Origin: Trichoplax adhaerens
Lineage: Eukaryota > Animalia > Placozoa
DNA: 64,000 nucleotides
Assembly: GCF_000150275.1 (NCBI RefSeq)
Contig: NW_002060950.1
Coordinates: forward strand, 316,679-380,678
Reading direction: 5' to 3'
Below the pieces are notes generated by a model, which worked only from the letters and a program-made list of their open reading frames with translations, had not been told where the DNA came from and did no database searches. The translations under genes were made by a program, and so were the position numbers. The stretch's first letter is position 1. Every line of letters starts with the position of its first letter. This document shows, piece after piece, positions 26,201 to 38,896 of this stretch.

Positions 26201-29200
26201 TATTATCTGCATCAACACCATGGTGATACGGATAAGTCAATAAAATTATAGCGATCAGAAATGAATCACCCTAGACTGATCATTAGATTTAACCATCTTC
26301 ATATATTGAAAAGAATGTCTTAAGATGATTAAGTCGGATAATTTTATCTAAATAAAATAATTATTAATGCTTTACCTAGCTCTTAAGGTATGCACGCGTC
26401 CTTCCATAAATGGCGATTGACTTATGTTTACCATATTGCTTTTAATTTTCATTGTTAAAAGTGGATAATTCTTTTGGTATATCCATGTATCCATAACTTC
26501 TCCTACATTTATTAGATCATTTACCTGTAACATCAATCAGAATTACTATCATTGAAGTGGACAACTTTATCCTCCTACAGGGTTTATCGCATTAGAAATT
26601 GATCAATATTATGATTTTGTTTTATAATCATATAATCCGGTATTGATAACATCAGTTTAACCATTCTGGTATAATTTATAGGACGGCATGTATAAGCTAA
26701 CGTTATAAATTCTTTGCTGTGTAAATAAAATCGTAAGATCAAATACTACATTAAATACTCTTAAAATTTTTATTTGTATGTGCATTTCAGCAACTTATAT
26801 CATGCAATACATAATTGCAAATCATTGGAAAACTATCATTTAAAAATTATTCTGTTCCGATGATAGAAAAATGTGTATTTCCCTCTTTGGATCTAAATAT
26901 CATCTAATTAATTATTTGCATATAGCTGTGATTCTAGTATATTGTAGGTATTGGAGCTTTCTAAATCAATAGGTCATGCAGTAATTTATATCAATACATC
27001 AACTTCAGTAATAATTAGAAAATATTACATATACTTTGGAGAACTGCAAACATATGCAATCAATTATTAGTTATGTCTCTGGCACTAATACTACTTGATA
27101 TTAGGAACACAGTGTATATATACACAAATCAGAATACATAACATTTACAATTCAACTGGCATTAATATTATTTCATGGTAATGTTGACTAGAGATTATTT
27201 TTTTATTAATAAAACTACATTACTTCTATCAATGGTGTATATAAAAGGATGGATACCTCGGTAAAACTCCGCCATAAATCATGGTTATTAGCATTTCCAT
27301 ATTCATATTTACGTAAAAACTTTTGAACACCCTGAACAAATGATGATGGACCAATGTAATGATACAGCATACGGATTAAAGAAGCTGCCTATTGGAAAAG
27401 ATACGCCAGCTAATCATTAATTTTCAATTATGAAGCGGCTCTTAGTAAGGAATATCTCTTAGTTTAGAAGATAAGCCAGGAATGATAATAGTCAATTGTA
27501 AATTTTTATTTGGCAAATGACTAAAGAAAAGTTGTGTCACTATCAAAAATTAATCTTACCTTACGATATGAAATAGAATCAAATTGCGATTTTATGTTGA
27601 TCTGACTCTCGATAGGTTGATGTATTGGATGGGAATATATTGAGCTGTCAAATTGCATTGCATTTTCATGAGCAGCGCTGACAATAAATCGACACTGTTC
27701 ATTTAATGTTCGAAAAAGAATGTTAACAATCATAGTAGTACTTAATCTGGCTACCTTATATCGTAAATAACGATAATATGTATGTATATCTAGATCTAAA
27801 AATCAGTCATAATATAAAGTTTTTTAGCAGGTACAAGGAGCTATAATCCTAAATTTCTGTTTCGTTTAGAATTTCTCATGAATACATATATACCAACGAT
27901 GGCATAGGAATCTAATGCACTAATAATCATGTAGGTGCTGCATGATGCAGCAAGTACTTTAACATGAAATAATTTTTTATCGCTACTTATTATTGCTGAA
28001 TACATAATGGAGTATTTCAGCTATAAAATCCAAGAAGCAAAATGTATAAATATACCTCTACATATTATGCAAGATTATTTATTAACAATTAATGATTATA
28101 TACTAATAGTAGCTCAGTATTTTAGCGAATTCTATAAGTAAATGATGAAAATGAATATTGATGCTACTTATATTTTATGGCTACGTATATACTAAAGTAA
28201 TATAGTATTTTAGCTAAGCCTGTTAAATAGATAATGGATCCGAAAGTAAGGTTAGATTACTCATAATTGCTGACCATGTAATAATGGTGATACACCATTC
28301 CAATACTATTGATAATATCCTAATAGTGAATAATGCATTCATACGTTTTTGATGATTGCTGATAGTTGTAATAGAGTAAAATGCATTATAATGATTCGGT
28401 ACTTTGACTATATTAACCAATTAAAAATTTTAAGAGTAAGTAATATCTCTCCACATTTAAGATCTCTTATATTGGCGATAACATATATTTCAGATTTGAT
28501 ATTCGCGATCTACTATGAATTATATCATATGTTATATGATTTATTTACTTACAAGATTAAGATCTCGATTCATAAATTTACAGCCTAACTGACTAGCAAA
28601 GGTAGCAAAACCTTCCTTTAGCCATAGATCATTCCACCATTTCATTGTGACCAAATTCCCAAACCACTGTAATAAAGAATCATTGTTTAAGGTAAAGGTG
28701 TGAAATAATTATATATCGTTCGTCAAGTATACACTAGAGTTACTAAAGAACTTTAGGGTGTATTATGCTTTGAGACAACTAGGACGATTAATGATTATGG
28801 TTTAGTACTAATCAATTAATTCTATAATTGATCGTAAATAGGGTGACGTAAAAATCATCCTAGGTTAAGATAACCTGATGGGCAATCTCATGAGCAAGAA
28901 CGGAAGCCGTGGAGGCGTAATTTCTCATCGAGCAATACTGCATATCACATAGTAATTTATCTTGCATTATGGTGATTAGTCCCCAATTTTCCATACCAGC
29001 AACAGCAAAATCGGGTATGGCTACTAAATCTGTAAATAAGAATTCTGTCAATAATATTTTTCAACGCCGACTCATGCAACTACAGACTGTATAACAATTC
29101 ACAATTATTACTAAGTTATTGCAAATACTATAGTTCCTGCATTCTATGTAACAAATGATATAGTCATAGATTAGTTTTAACTACCGTGTGAAAAGTTTAT

Positions 29201-32200
29201 AATATTATCATTTAATTTGCCAGTATGCGATCAATTCCAAATAATGATAAAATTTTTAAAAGAAGATCAACTCATTTAATCAATATATATGTTGAATTTA
29301 GACGGCTATTGAAAAGAATATTGAAAACTGACTTACCTAATTTAGGTAGAGGGAAAGTAATATTAAACAAATTACTAAATAATGAGATGTAAGCAGTGGC
29401 TAATTTTAGAGCATCTTGTGTTTGTTTAATATTTTCTTTGCTAGTCCACGTTCGAACCTGGAAGTAATAATCAATCAGTGCAACTTTTCAGTTTAATTAG
29501 ATTTAATAAATAATAAGTTTAGAATATTAATATCTGTTCCTACTATATTGGAACAATTCTCAATAAGTAACGTTTATTATACTGCTAAACCTCATTTCAT
29601 GTTCAGGAATTTTTAATGGTATATGTTGGTATACTAAAGTAGCTCTGGGTGTGAAAGATAGAAGTAAATATTGATCTATTTTCTGAAATATACGGTATCT
29701 TATATCCATCATCCATCCATCCATACACAGAAAATTATTTTATATACCCTAATACAGGATTAATCTGAAGGGATATATTAAAAGTTATTTGCTAGAAGTC
29801 TTAGCTAATACAGTATAAGTTCGGTATATGGTATAGGTATCTTATTATCTTTAATGACTTACCAAGATACCATTGGAGGAATATCGAGCTAAATTTTCAA
29901 AATCTGAGACTACAAAACCGACTAAGTAAGTACTCATTTTGACAGTGGTAGCAAAAGAAACTAAGGTATGGCCATTGGGTAATATAGAATATGATTGAAC
30001 TGGCATATTGGATAACGCTGAATAGCCAGGCAGGCATGTAATTGAAAGTTTAAAAGTAGATTTCATTGATGGTTCATCAAAGCAGGGAAAAACCATTCTT
30101 GCGTCGGTAGGAGAGAGCTGAGTTACATATAAATATCTAAAAATAGAAGTAAGGCCAAATTTATATCCTATTGAAATTGTAGCAATTACCGTACATAGTT
30201 CTATCCGAACGATAGAATACTTCCATTAAAGAAAATTATCAATACACCCTGTATAAGTCAAGGCTTAGTCAAGCGATAAATACACAACTAAAACAGCCAC
30301 GCCTATAACGATGCTTATCGTATTAACATTGTCTAGATTTCGTCGCTTTGCTTTTAAACAGAGTCATGTCTACGGGAAAATTATAAACTCCTGCTGCAAA
30401 AGTGATTATTGAGTCCATTGATGAATAATTATAAATTACTTCTATTCGTAATGGTGTATTTCGAGCTATTATTACGATTTTCTTATCATTTTAATGTAAT
30501 AGAATGCAATCGCGAAGATAACGCTAGTTGCAGCTAATAATAAGGCTCGTATTCATTACAAATATATGTCAGTAATTATTTAATCAATCAATGCAAAATG
30601 ACTCAGCAATCCTTATTTATTATATAAGTTATTATACTGCAATAAAATTAATTTCTTGACTATTATACACAATAACGCTGTCTTTGAGAAATCTATATGG
30701 GTAGCAATGTAAAAGCATCAATAGCTCTCATTTGCCACTAATATTCGTATCCTCCTAAAATGGTATGAAATTCTTAGCCGTTTTTGCAAAGCTGTACTGC
30801 CTGTAAGAAATTTATATGTGTAGCAATGCAAAGAAATGAAACCCTTATTTATTATGTAATGGATCTTTTTGACATGATATCCATTTCTTAACCGCTTCTG
30901 TATACTGTTGCTGCTTCTAAGAAATTTATGTGTAACGGTAAATAAAGAGTCCACAGCCCCCATTAATTACATATATGTTATATAATTATCTAACACATTC
31001 TCTTAAAATAGAGCCAATTTCTTAGTCATTTCTATATACTGATTCTGAAAAAAATTACAAGTATAGAAGCACAACAGGCAAGCAATTATTTCGCTAATGG
31101 AAATGAAAGAGTTGATAGCATCTACCTGTATTAATTACGTGCATATCTAGAAAAAACCATGGCATTCCTAGTCATTTTAGTCTCATAAAGTGTTTCTCTT
31201 ACAAATTCAGTAGTTATTTGCAACTAATGACATGTTATTGTCCATACTTTTGCTACAAACAAGTATAAAAATTGCGTATTCAATAGATACAAAAGAGTCA
31301 TTGATTTCTATTTCATAACAATCAGTATCTAACTGAAATTGTAATCATTTCCAAACCTTTTCACCAGAGTGTTGCCTTTGAGAATAATAATGGCTATTTT
31401 TATAATTAACGACATGTTATTATTGATTATAGTTATTAAAACAAAAGTCCATTTATGTACGAAATGAATAGAGAAATTGTCAAAATTAAATAATCACAGT
31501 CATTTTTAAGAGTCGTACAGTTATTATTGTTTAAATGATGATCAATATATCATTTTAGGACAGATTTAAAATCGAGTAGAGAAACGATATACCATAAAAA
31601 ACAACTGCCTTGCCAACAGTATGTAATAAAAAAATGGAGATAGATTGAATATAAATTGGATTGTAAATTACCGAAGCTGATTTACTAGTGATAACGGTCA
31701 AGATCAGTATTAGGTAGGCCAAATTTGAGCTAAGATAGCTTGGCAATGGACTATAATACTAATAGATTTTTTCAATTTATTCATAGATACAATCTCGCTA
31801 CTAAGGAATAGATTTAATTCGTCATATCACAACGAATACTTTAATCATTAATATATATAAAGTAGACTCTGATTATACGAAAGATTAATAAAGATCGCTT
31901 ATCAAGAGTTAAATGAGATATGATATCGGTAAGGTTAAATGATGATAAATTAGGGTATTAATCCTTCATCATAAGCAAATAGGTTAGTAACTGTAAATGA
32001 TAGATTAAACTACTAAAAAAGAGAGAGAACGTTATGAATGTAATTATTGTGCCATTTATCTAAGGTATTCATTGATAGAATACACTTTAGAATTTACGGA
32101 AATAGGATCGAATTTGCTGTTTAACATGATTGTATACAAAAATATAACAATATCCAAACTCAGACAGGCGTTGTGATTTGATTTAATTACAAAATAACTT

Positions 32201-33180
32201 TTTTTAGTTATTTGAGATGTAGCAGGATAATATATTCTGAATATTAGAAGCAAAGATGGTTTCACTTTCGGATAAAATGCATACATTAGAGAAACTGTAA
32301 ATCCAAAAATTATGAATTGGGATAAAACGGAAAAATAGATATAATATTTACTAGATCAGTACTTAAAATAAAAGGAATAGGAAACGTTCATATTGAGAAT
32401 GGATCAGACTGAATTAGATGTATTAAAATTAAAATTAGAATCATAAAGGTTTCAGACCTTTGATTAGTGTAGTAATCGAATTTTGTTTTACCTGGTTTGT
32501 TTGGATCGATTTTGGTAATAGCTGCGGTAGAAGCCATAACGTCTATTAACTACAATTTGACTCTTAAACCATAGATGTAACTGATAATGATGGCCGCCGA
32601 TTAAATGATGATCGAGTTGTATATGAAACAATTCATTTTTTAAATCTTGCTGAACGTTAAGGATATGGTATTTCAGTCCATTGCCATAAACAGCCATCCG
32701 TTGGATATCAATATCTTTTTTATGCAAAACAATTCTATCGGTCCTATTCAAACAGAGAATTTCAATTTTACTTCTGCCAATAATATATAATTGTTGATAA
32801 TTAGGCTGTAAATCGATTTCATAATGTAAAGGTTTGATTTCATCTGGTAAGCGTTCGATTCGATCGAAGGTCGTATCATTTTCAATAATAGAGGAATTAA
32901 ATTGGGATGACAGCAATGAATTCAGATAAAGGTTAGAAATAGTTGGATTAGCTTCAAATGTGCTAGTATTATGAGTATTTTCCTGCTTTATTTTATCCTG
33001 ACTTGTAAGCAAAGTCATAGTAATAAGAAGTACTACTATTGCTACGACAATTGAAATTAGGATAATATCAGCTTTCTTGTTCATTTTAGCAGGCAACATG
33101 GCTAGCGATCTGAAAACGTTGTTATCCTCTCTAGAAATATCGGCCACATCATCTTTCTCTACTCGTTGATATGAATGCAT
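23227..33180 (-). CDS. Type II membrane M1 zinc metallopeptidase with TRH-degrading-ectoenzyme (pyroglutamyl peptidase II)-like signature; multi-exon
   Basis: N-terminal TM anchor ([20 protein letters not shown]), [119 protein letters not shown]1-like C-terminus. The ORF-track start at 33228 is a GTG at a splice acceptor; the first ATG is at 33180, so an upstream exon is likely. The last-exon boundary is approximate. Confidence 0.88.
30680..30950. repeat. Degenerate ~115-bp tandem repeat (about 2.5 copies) in an M1 peptidase intron
   Basis: agaaat(c/t)tat(at)g(g/t)gta(g/a)c... recurs at ~30687, ~30806 and ~30920; tctta(g/a)ccg recurs at ~30771 and ~30886. Confidence 0.7.
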
Positions 33181-36100
33181 GTTCCATGCGATAGTATCAC
33201 TACTTTTTATCACGCTTCCTTGCTTCACTATTTAAGAAGAAAGAAATTTAGAACAAAGAAATTAGAGGATCTAATCATTCTTCTTTATCATAGAAGTGAT
33301 TAATTTTTGAGCATTTTAAACTATTCATTTACACACTTTACGATTACAGGAAAAAATAACATCCTACTCCCCAAATTTTCAATCTCTATTACCGTTTTAA
33401 AAGTAATCAGAATTTACGATAACGCATTATGTTTAATAAAGAATAATAAAGTTGAAAGGTTTTTATAAATTTAATCAGCAGCAGTTGATCTACAGTGGAA
33501 TAAGGTCAATACTTCATCGAAGGAAATGTGTAAATAATATTGTTTTAAATGTTTCTTACATATAATTTATGATGTAGTATATACTTTAATCTTTAGGTAT
33601 TCTGGAAGAAAATGAAATAGAGCATAACCGTCTGAAATGGGAAATGTCAAGATTACATGGCAATATAATTTCAAAGTCATGGCGTGCAAAGTATTCTAGC
33701 TTTCTAACATGATCTATGCTGTAATCTCAAACTGTTATTGCAGGCTATGAATAAAAAGAATGCCGCAATATCTTTATTATGTCCTGTTCATTTTATCACT
33801 TTTGCTTGTTAAAAGGCAATAGTAACTTGACTACAATATGATTGTAATAGTGTAATGTAATGCATATGAGAAGTCTACATGAAATGCTCATAAAATGAAT
33901 AAACCGTAACTTAGATATGGAAAAATTCGTAAATTTTATAACAATAGGTATATTCAAATAGCGCTATCGTTACAAAATGTTCATATATGTGGATAGACAA
34001 GAAATTGGCGTCATTCCATATTTAAAATATTTTCCTTTGCTTTTACTATTCTAGACTTAACGGGAGTTTAGAGTCAAGTAATCGTAGTAAAGGATAGAAT
34101 CGATTGAAATGCTAGGCAGATCTGTTAAATAAGTCAGAATCTTTTTACTTTTTCTTTGATAGAGATCGTATTATAATAAAAATCGATATTAAATTCTTTC
34201 TCTCAAGCTGCAACGTCGTAAATTAATGTTAGTAGTTGAAATCAATGTTGATTAAATATAGTATAGCTTCTACTAGGCTGTGAAGATACAATTTGCATCC
34301 ATGATACTATTCATGCATACTTATATAAGGTGCTAGATCTATTGAAACTAAGGGTAGTACCTGCATTATTATACTTAGTAATTTCTAAAATAATTGAAAC
34401 GTATTAATCATCGTCATGATCACGATTAAGTTAGATGTATATATTATCAGAGCTATACGTATGCGATACGCACTATATATCCCCTTATTCAAATACTGAA
34501 GATACAGAGATTTCAATGCATTAGTATTAACTAATTGGATGATTTCAACATTTTTTTAATCATTTTTTACCTTTTCTGGACCTTAAAAAAATAAGGCGAT
34601 TCGTTGATGGAAGAATGATAATTTAATGAATGAACTAGAGCAAAGGGAGTAATCATTTATATAGGTAAATATTCGAGCCTAGGTCATCAGAGGGATACAA
34701 TAAATATACGGCTAATTTAAAATTCATTAATTTTAATTGATAAAAGCCGGCAGCATAGTAAATTAAAATTGTTCTGACATAATTAATTCTATCAATTCTA
34801 TTATCGCGTCATATTAAATAATATAAAGGAATTGAATTTGCATTGAATAAAATCAAAACAACAATACTAGCCAAGAATGGTATGAAAATAATAATTTACA
34901 CTAGTAATTGCTTGATGGGTGCAAGCCGTGGATAATTGTATCTTTTTTTATATCGAACTTTGAAATCTTTTTTAAGATTGCGAAAGTAATGGTTAAAAAA
35001 AGTAAACATAAGATGATATTGACTGTTTTACCGTACTATATTTTAATGCAATAGAAGCAATTGTTTCGATTCAACAATTATACTCATTTCGTCACCTAAC
35101 CTTTATTAACATTGATCGAATTGCCCATTAGCTAGCCTAATAGTGTTATGCAATTTACATTTTTTAATATTAAGAATCCCATAATAAAGATCATGGCATA
35201 TTATGCTACGTCTACAAACGGCATTGCAAATTTGGATTCGATGACTTAAAAGCTCAATCACTTTATCTACTAGTTCTAAATCCTATTTAATACAGTCAAG
35301 ATGACGATACATTTTTTAGCTAAAACTATTAATACACGTATCATATCATTTATTTTCTCTTCCTATAGATAATATGATAACCATAGTAATAAATAGGAGT
35401 AATGCTAATCTAACATTGATACTAATCTGTTTGCAAAATGACGACTTGATAGTCATCATTTTTCGATAGAAAATAGGATATGGATGGTAATATTCGCTAT
35501 TAAATAGTTCCATACTATTTAAATAAAAGACCACTTTGCTGCTAATTTAATATTACAGTAGCAATTTGTATGCGAATTACAGATGCATTGATTCAAGGCT
35601 GTCATCCATGTTATATTTTACAGGTAGTAGATTATGTTCATATAGCGTAGATCTCTGCTTTTACAATACAGAAAGGCTGACTTAATTGCATAGAATATTT
35701 AATTTTGAAACAAGCAATCTAAAAATAAAACATAACAACGTCAAGTATCGATCTGAAAGTATCATCTATAAATAATTGAATTAGAAACAGCATATGTTCA
35801 CACTCAGAGCTAAAATCTATCTATTCTAAATAACTCATTCAAAGAGAATGTAATATATACGAAAATGATTATAATACAATTTTACCTTATTGAAACTCTT
35901 TTTCTTGAAACAAATTAACATAAGAGCGAATTATAACTATGATTTTACTATTTTAAACGTACAAAATTACCCAGGAGATGAGTTGATTGTATATTTTATT
36001 AAATAGAATCACTATCGAATCATCCCGTTTACAAAAATCCAAATTTCATTTAGTCAGCTAGCAAATATAGACATCTATAAATATCTATCTTATTAGAAAT

Positions 36101-38772
36101 CCGTTTTGCACAAGTGCTAAAATAACCATATTGTTCAATAGATAATGGATTAATTAAATGTATAGGAAATGGTGAAACAATACCGTCTAATTTGACATAA
36201 AATTGTCTCATTGTTTCTACTTCACTATTAACAGTCATAGCATATCAAAGATTACGCTTATCATTATAACTATAGCCGGAAAACTTTGAATAGCTGCTTC
36301 AATGTTGAACATATAATAGTCTTGATGGCTGTGTTTAATTTTCTCTTTAAATTTTTTAACGTACACCCACACTGATAGTTTACAACTCTACTTTACTCTA
36401 GTTTTCCTTCTAGGTCTATTGCCTATTCATAATTATCCCCTCTTTTCATGACAGGTGCGGAGCATTGATGATAATAACCCTTCGATTATTTTTGGCTAAC
36501 CTATCTGATTGTAGTATGGTATCTATTGATGGAAAGTTACTATTCTCAATACCAACTTCATGATAGAGGATATCGCAGATTAGCTGGCAATATTGATTGC
36601 AGGAAAATACTGCCATATCAAAAGTGATATGAAATTTTATTAAATCCAAAATACGAAATTGAAATTTCCTTGTTACTACGCTTTATAAAACCTGTATATT
36701 ATATTGGATAAATTTACAACACTAGATACATAATAATTGAAATACATGATCACCCTATCGAGACTATGAATACAATTATTTTATGTAAACTAATGCTATG
36801 CACGATCTATAAATAAAGAAAAGTAAATAAATATGAATGCATTTTCTTTATTACAAGTAAAATAAGAGTAAAGAAAAAATGTCCTCGCAATAAAGTATGT
36901 ATGCTCTATATATTAAGATCAAGCATATTAATAATAATGACCATTAGTTTTTTTTGCTTTGATTGTAAAATAATAGTTAAAGAAATGCCCTCTTAATAAT
37001 GTATTTATGCTCTAGGTATTGACTTTGAGGGTATTAATAATAATAATGACTATTAGCATTTTTTTTGTCTTAGAAAGACCGATCGTTCATAGATATACGG
37101 TACAACATTATCTTGATTTCATTACTGCCTAATTAATTAGTCATTGCGATCACATACCGTTACAGTAGTCACTCTTTGTCGTTATATTTAGAAATATGCA
37201 AAGTAATATCATTAGTATTAACAAGTGAGGTAAATGAGTCAACACGCGCATTTAACACTTTTACTATCAGACGTATTGTATTGATCGGGTACTGCTCATT
37301 TGCTCAAGTTAATTTAACAGGCTATTTATTGCGTTGACTCCCTTGATTCAGTTTCTGTCGTATTTTTTTAGTTCATCATTTGCTACAGTACTCAACTATG
37401 GCGGCTAATCTAGTAAAATAGATGATATTGTAGTATCATCCAAAAGAATGAGTTTGAGATGATGTCACTGAATCGGAAAACGGATAGGAACGAGATAGCT
37501 AAAAATGCAAACTGTTACTTCATCTATCCGTGCAATAAAAGCCGATAGCTATCATGGGAAAGTCAGGCTTATGCCCTCCATTAATATTGTATTACTAATA
37601 ATTTGCTTGATATCAGCTATCCAGATATTAGGTGTATTGATAACTCATTACAGCATAAGTTATGCTGTTGAACATTTGAATACCCATCTATCTTGCAAGT
37701 ATTTGCACCAGGTCTGCAATAAGTCTTTTAACATCGTTCAATGTCCAATATACAGGTATCCATATTTATAACTGAACTTTACTGATTGTCTCTGCTATAA
37801 AGATGGTGATACAGTAGAAAAAAGATGAAGATGTCTTCATTTCTACCAGTCTTGTCACAGTCTTAGTAGAGTGATTTCTCAAGCCCTAGAATGGGTACGC
37901 GCTCGCGCTCGTGTGCATGTCGAATTTTCTGAAACATTTTATTCCATATATTGTAATACGCGTCAGTATAAATAAGTTTTAGAATATTCCATGATTTACT
38001 ATGGATATGATACGGCCGTATAAGATATGCATATACGAACATATACCAATCTTAGATAACTTCCACATGCCGTATTGGGATTATCTAAGTATGATTATTT
38101 CCAACTTTGTATATTCTGAATCCGCCTGGTGCTATATGCGCGCATGGATAAAGGTATCGTATATGCTCGTACGTTTTATATGGCGCCCAGTCTAACTAAC
38201 TTATCTCTGTGCCATCTCTAAGTCTAATGATAAATGAAACGCTATCTACCGTTAATCATCTTGTTTCCGTCTCTATCAAGAATATCTACACTATAGTCTC
38301 CTCTTTTGCTATACTATTTCGACAATTTATTACAATTCTCATATTTTTTTCTTTTTCTCTCCGATGATTGAAGAAAAACGACCAGAGCTGCAGGAGATAC
38401 GGTGTAGAAGTTTACAGTATGCGGATCGTTTCTACAGTACAGTATAGAACAAGCATGTTTATTTTCTTTTCAGACGTAGAAAAAGGGGAAAAATATTACT
38501 ATAGCTAATCTAAAATAGCTATACTTTACAATATTATGTAGCTAGAGAGCTGAACTTTTTATACGAGTTGATAGAATTACGCTACTCGTGATGGCCATTA
38601 TAAAATTCTCAAACAATATCAGTTTAAAGACAAAATCTGCTACAGTACAAAGTGAAATTTTGTCCGAAGGTACTGTATGGTCTAGTCGGTCCTGACTCCT
38701 GACCTAGCTGTCCCCGTGACTCATTCCCATCCGTCCTGTCAGTCCAGTCTAATCCAGTTCAGAGTCGAGCTG

Positions 38773-38828
38773 CTGTACAGTGTACAGTACAGTGTACACT
38801 ACAGTATACTGTACTGTAGTGTTGTAGA
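38773..38828. promoter_or_regulatory. TACAG/CTGTA array upstream of GATD3 copy B
   Basis: ctgtacagtgtacagtacagtgtacactacagtatactgtactgtagtgttgtag, ending ~70 bp before the ATG at 38897. Confidence 0.55.
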
Positions 38829-38896
38829 GTTAAGCACTAGCAGAGGTAAAGTGCAAGCTGCAATTCATCCGTGAACAAGAGCTCATTTTGTTGCAA

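Noticed and set aside
36925-37072. Short duplicated tattaataataatgac.attag..ttttt motif
   Set aside because: Low-complexity AT-rich duplication with no further structure.
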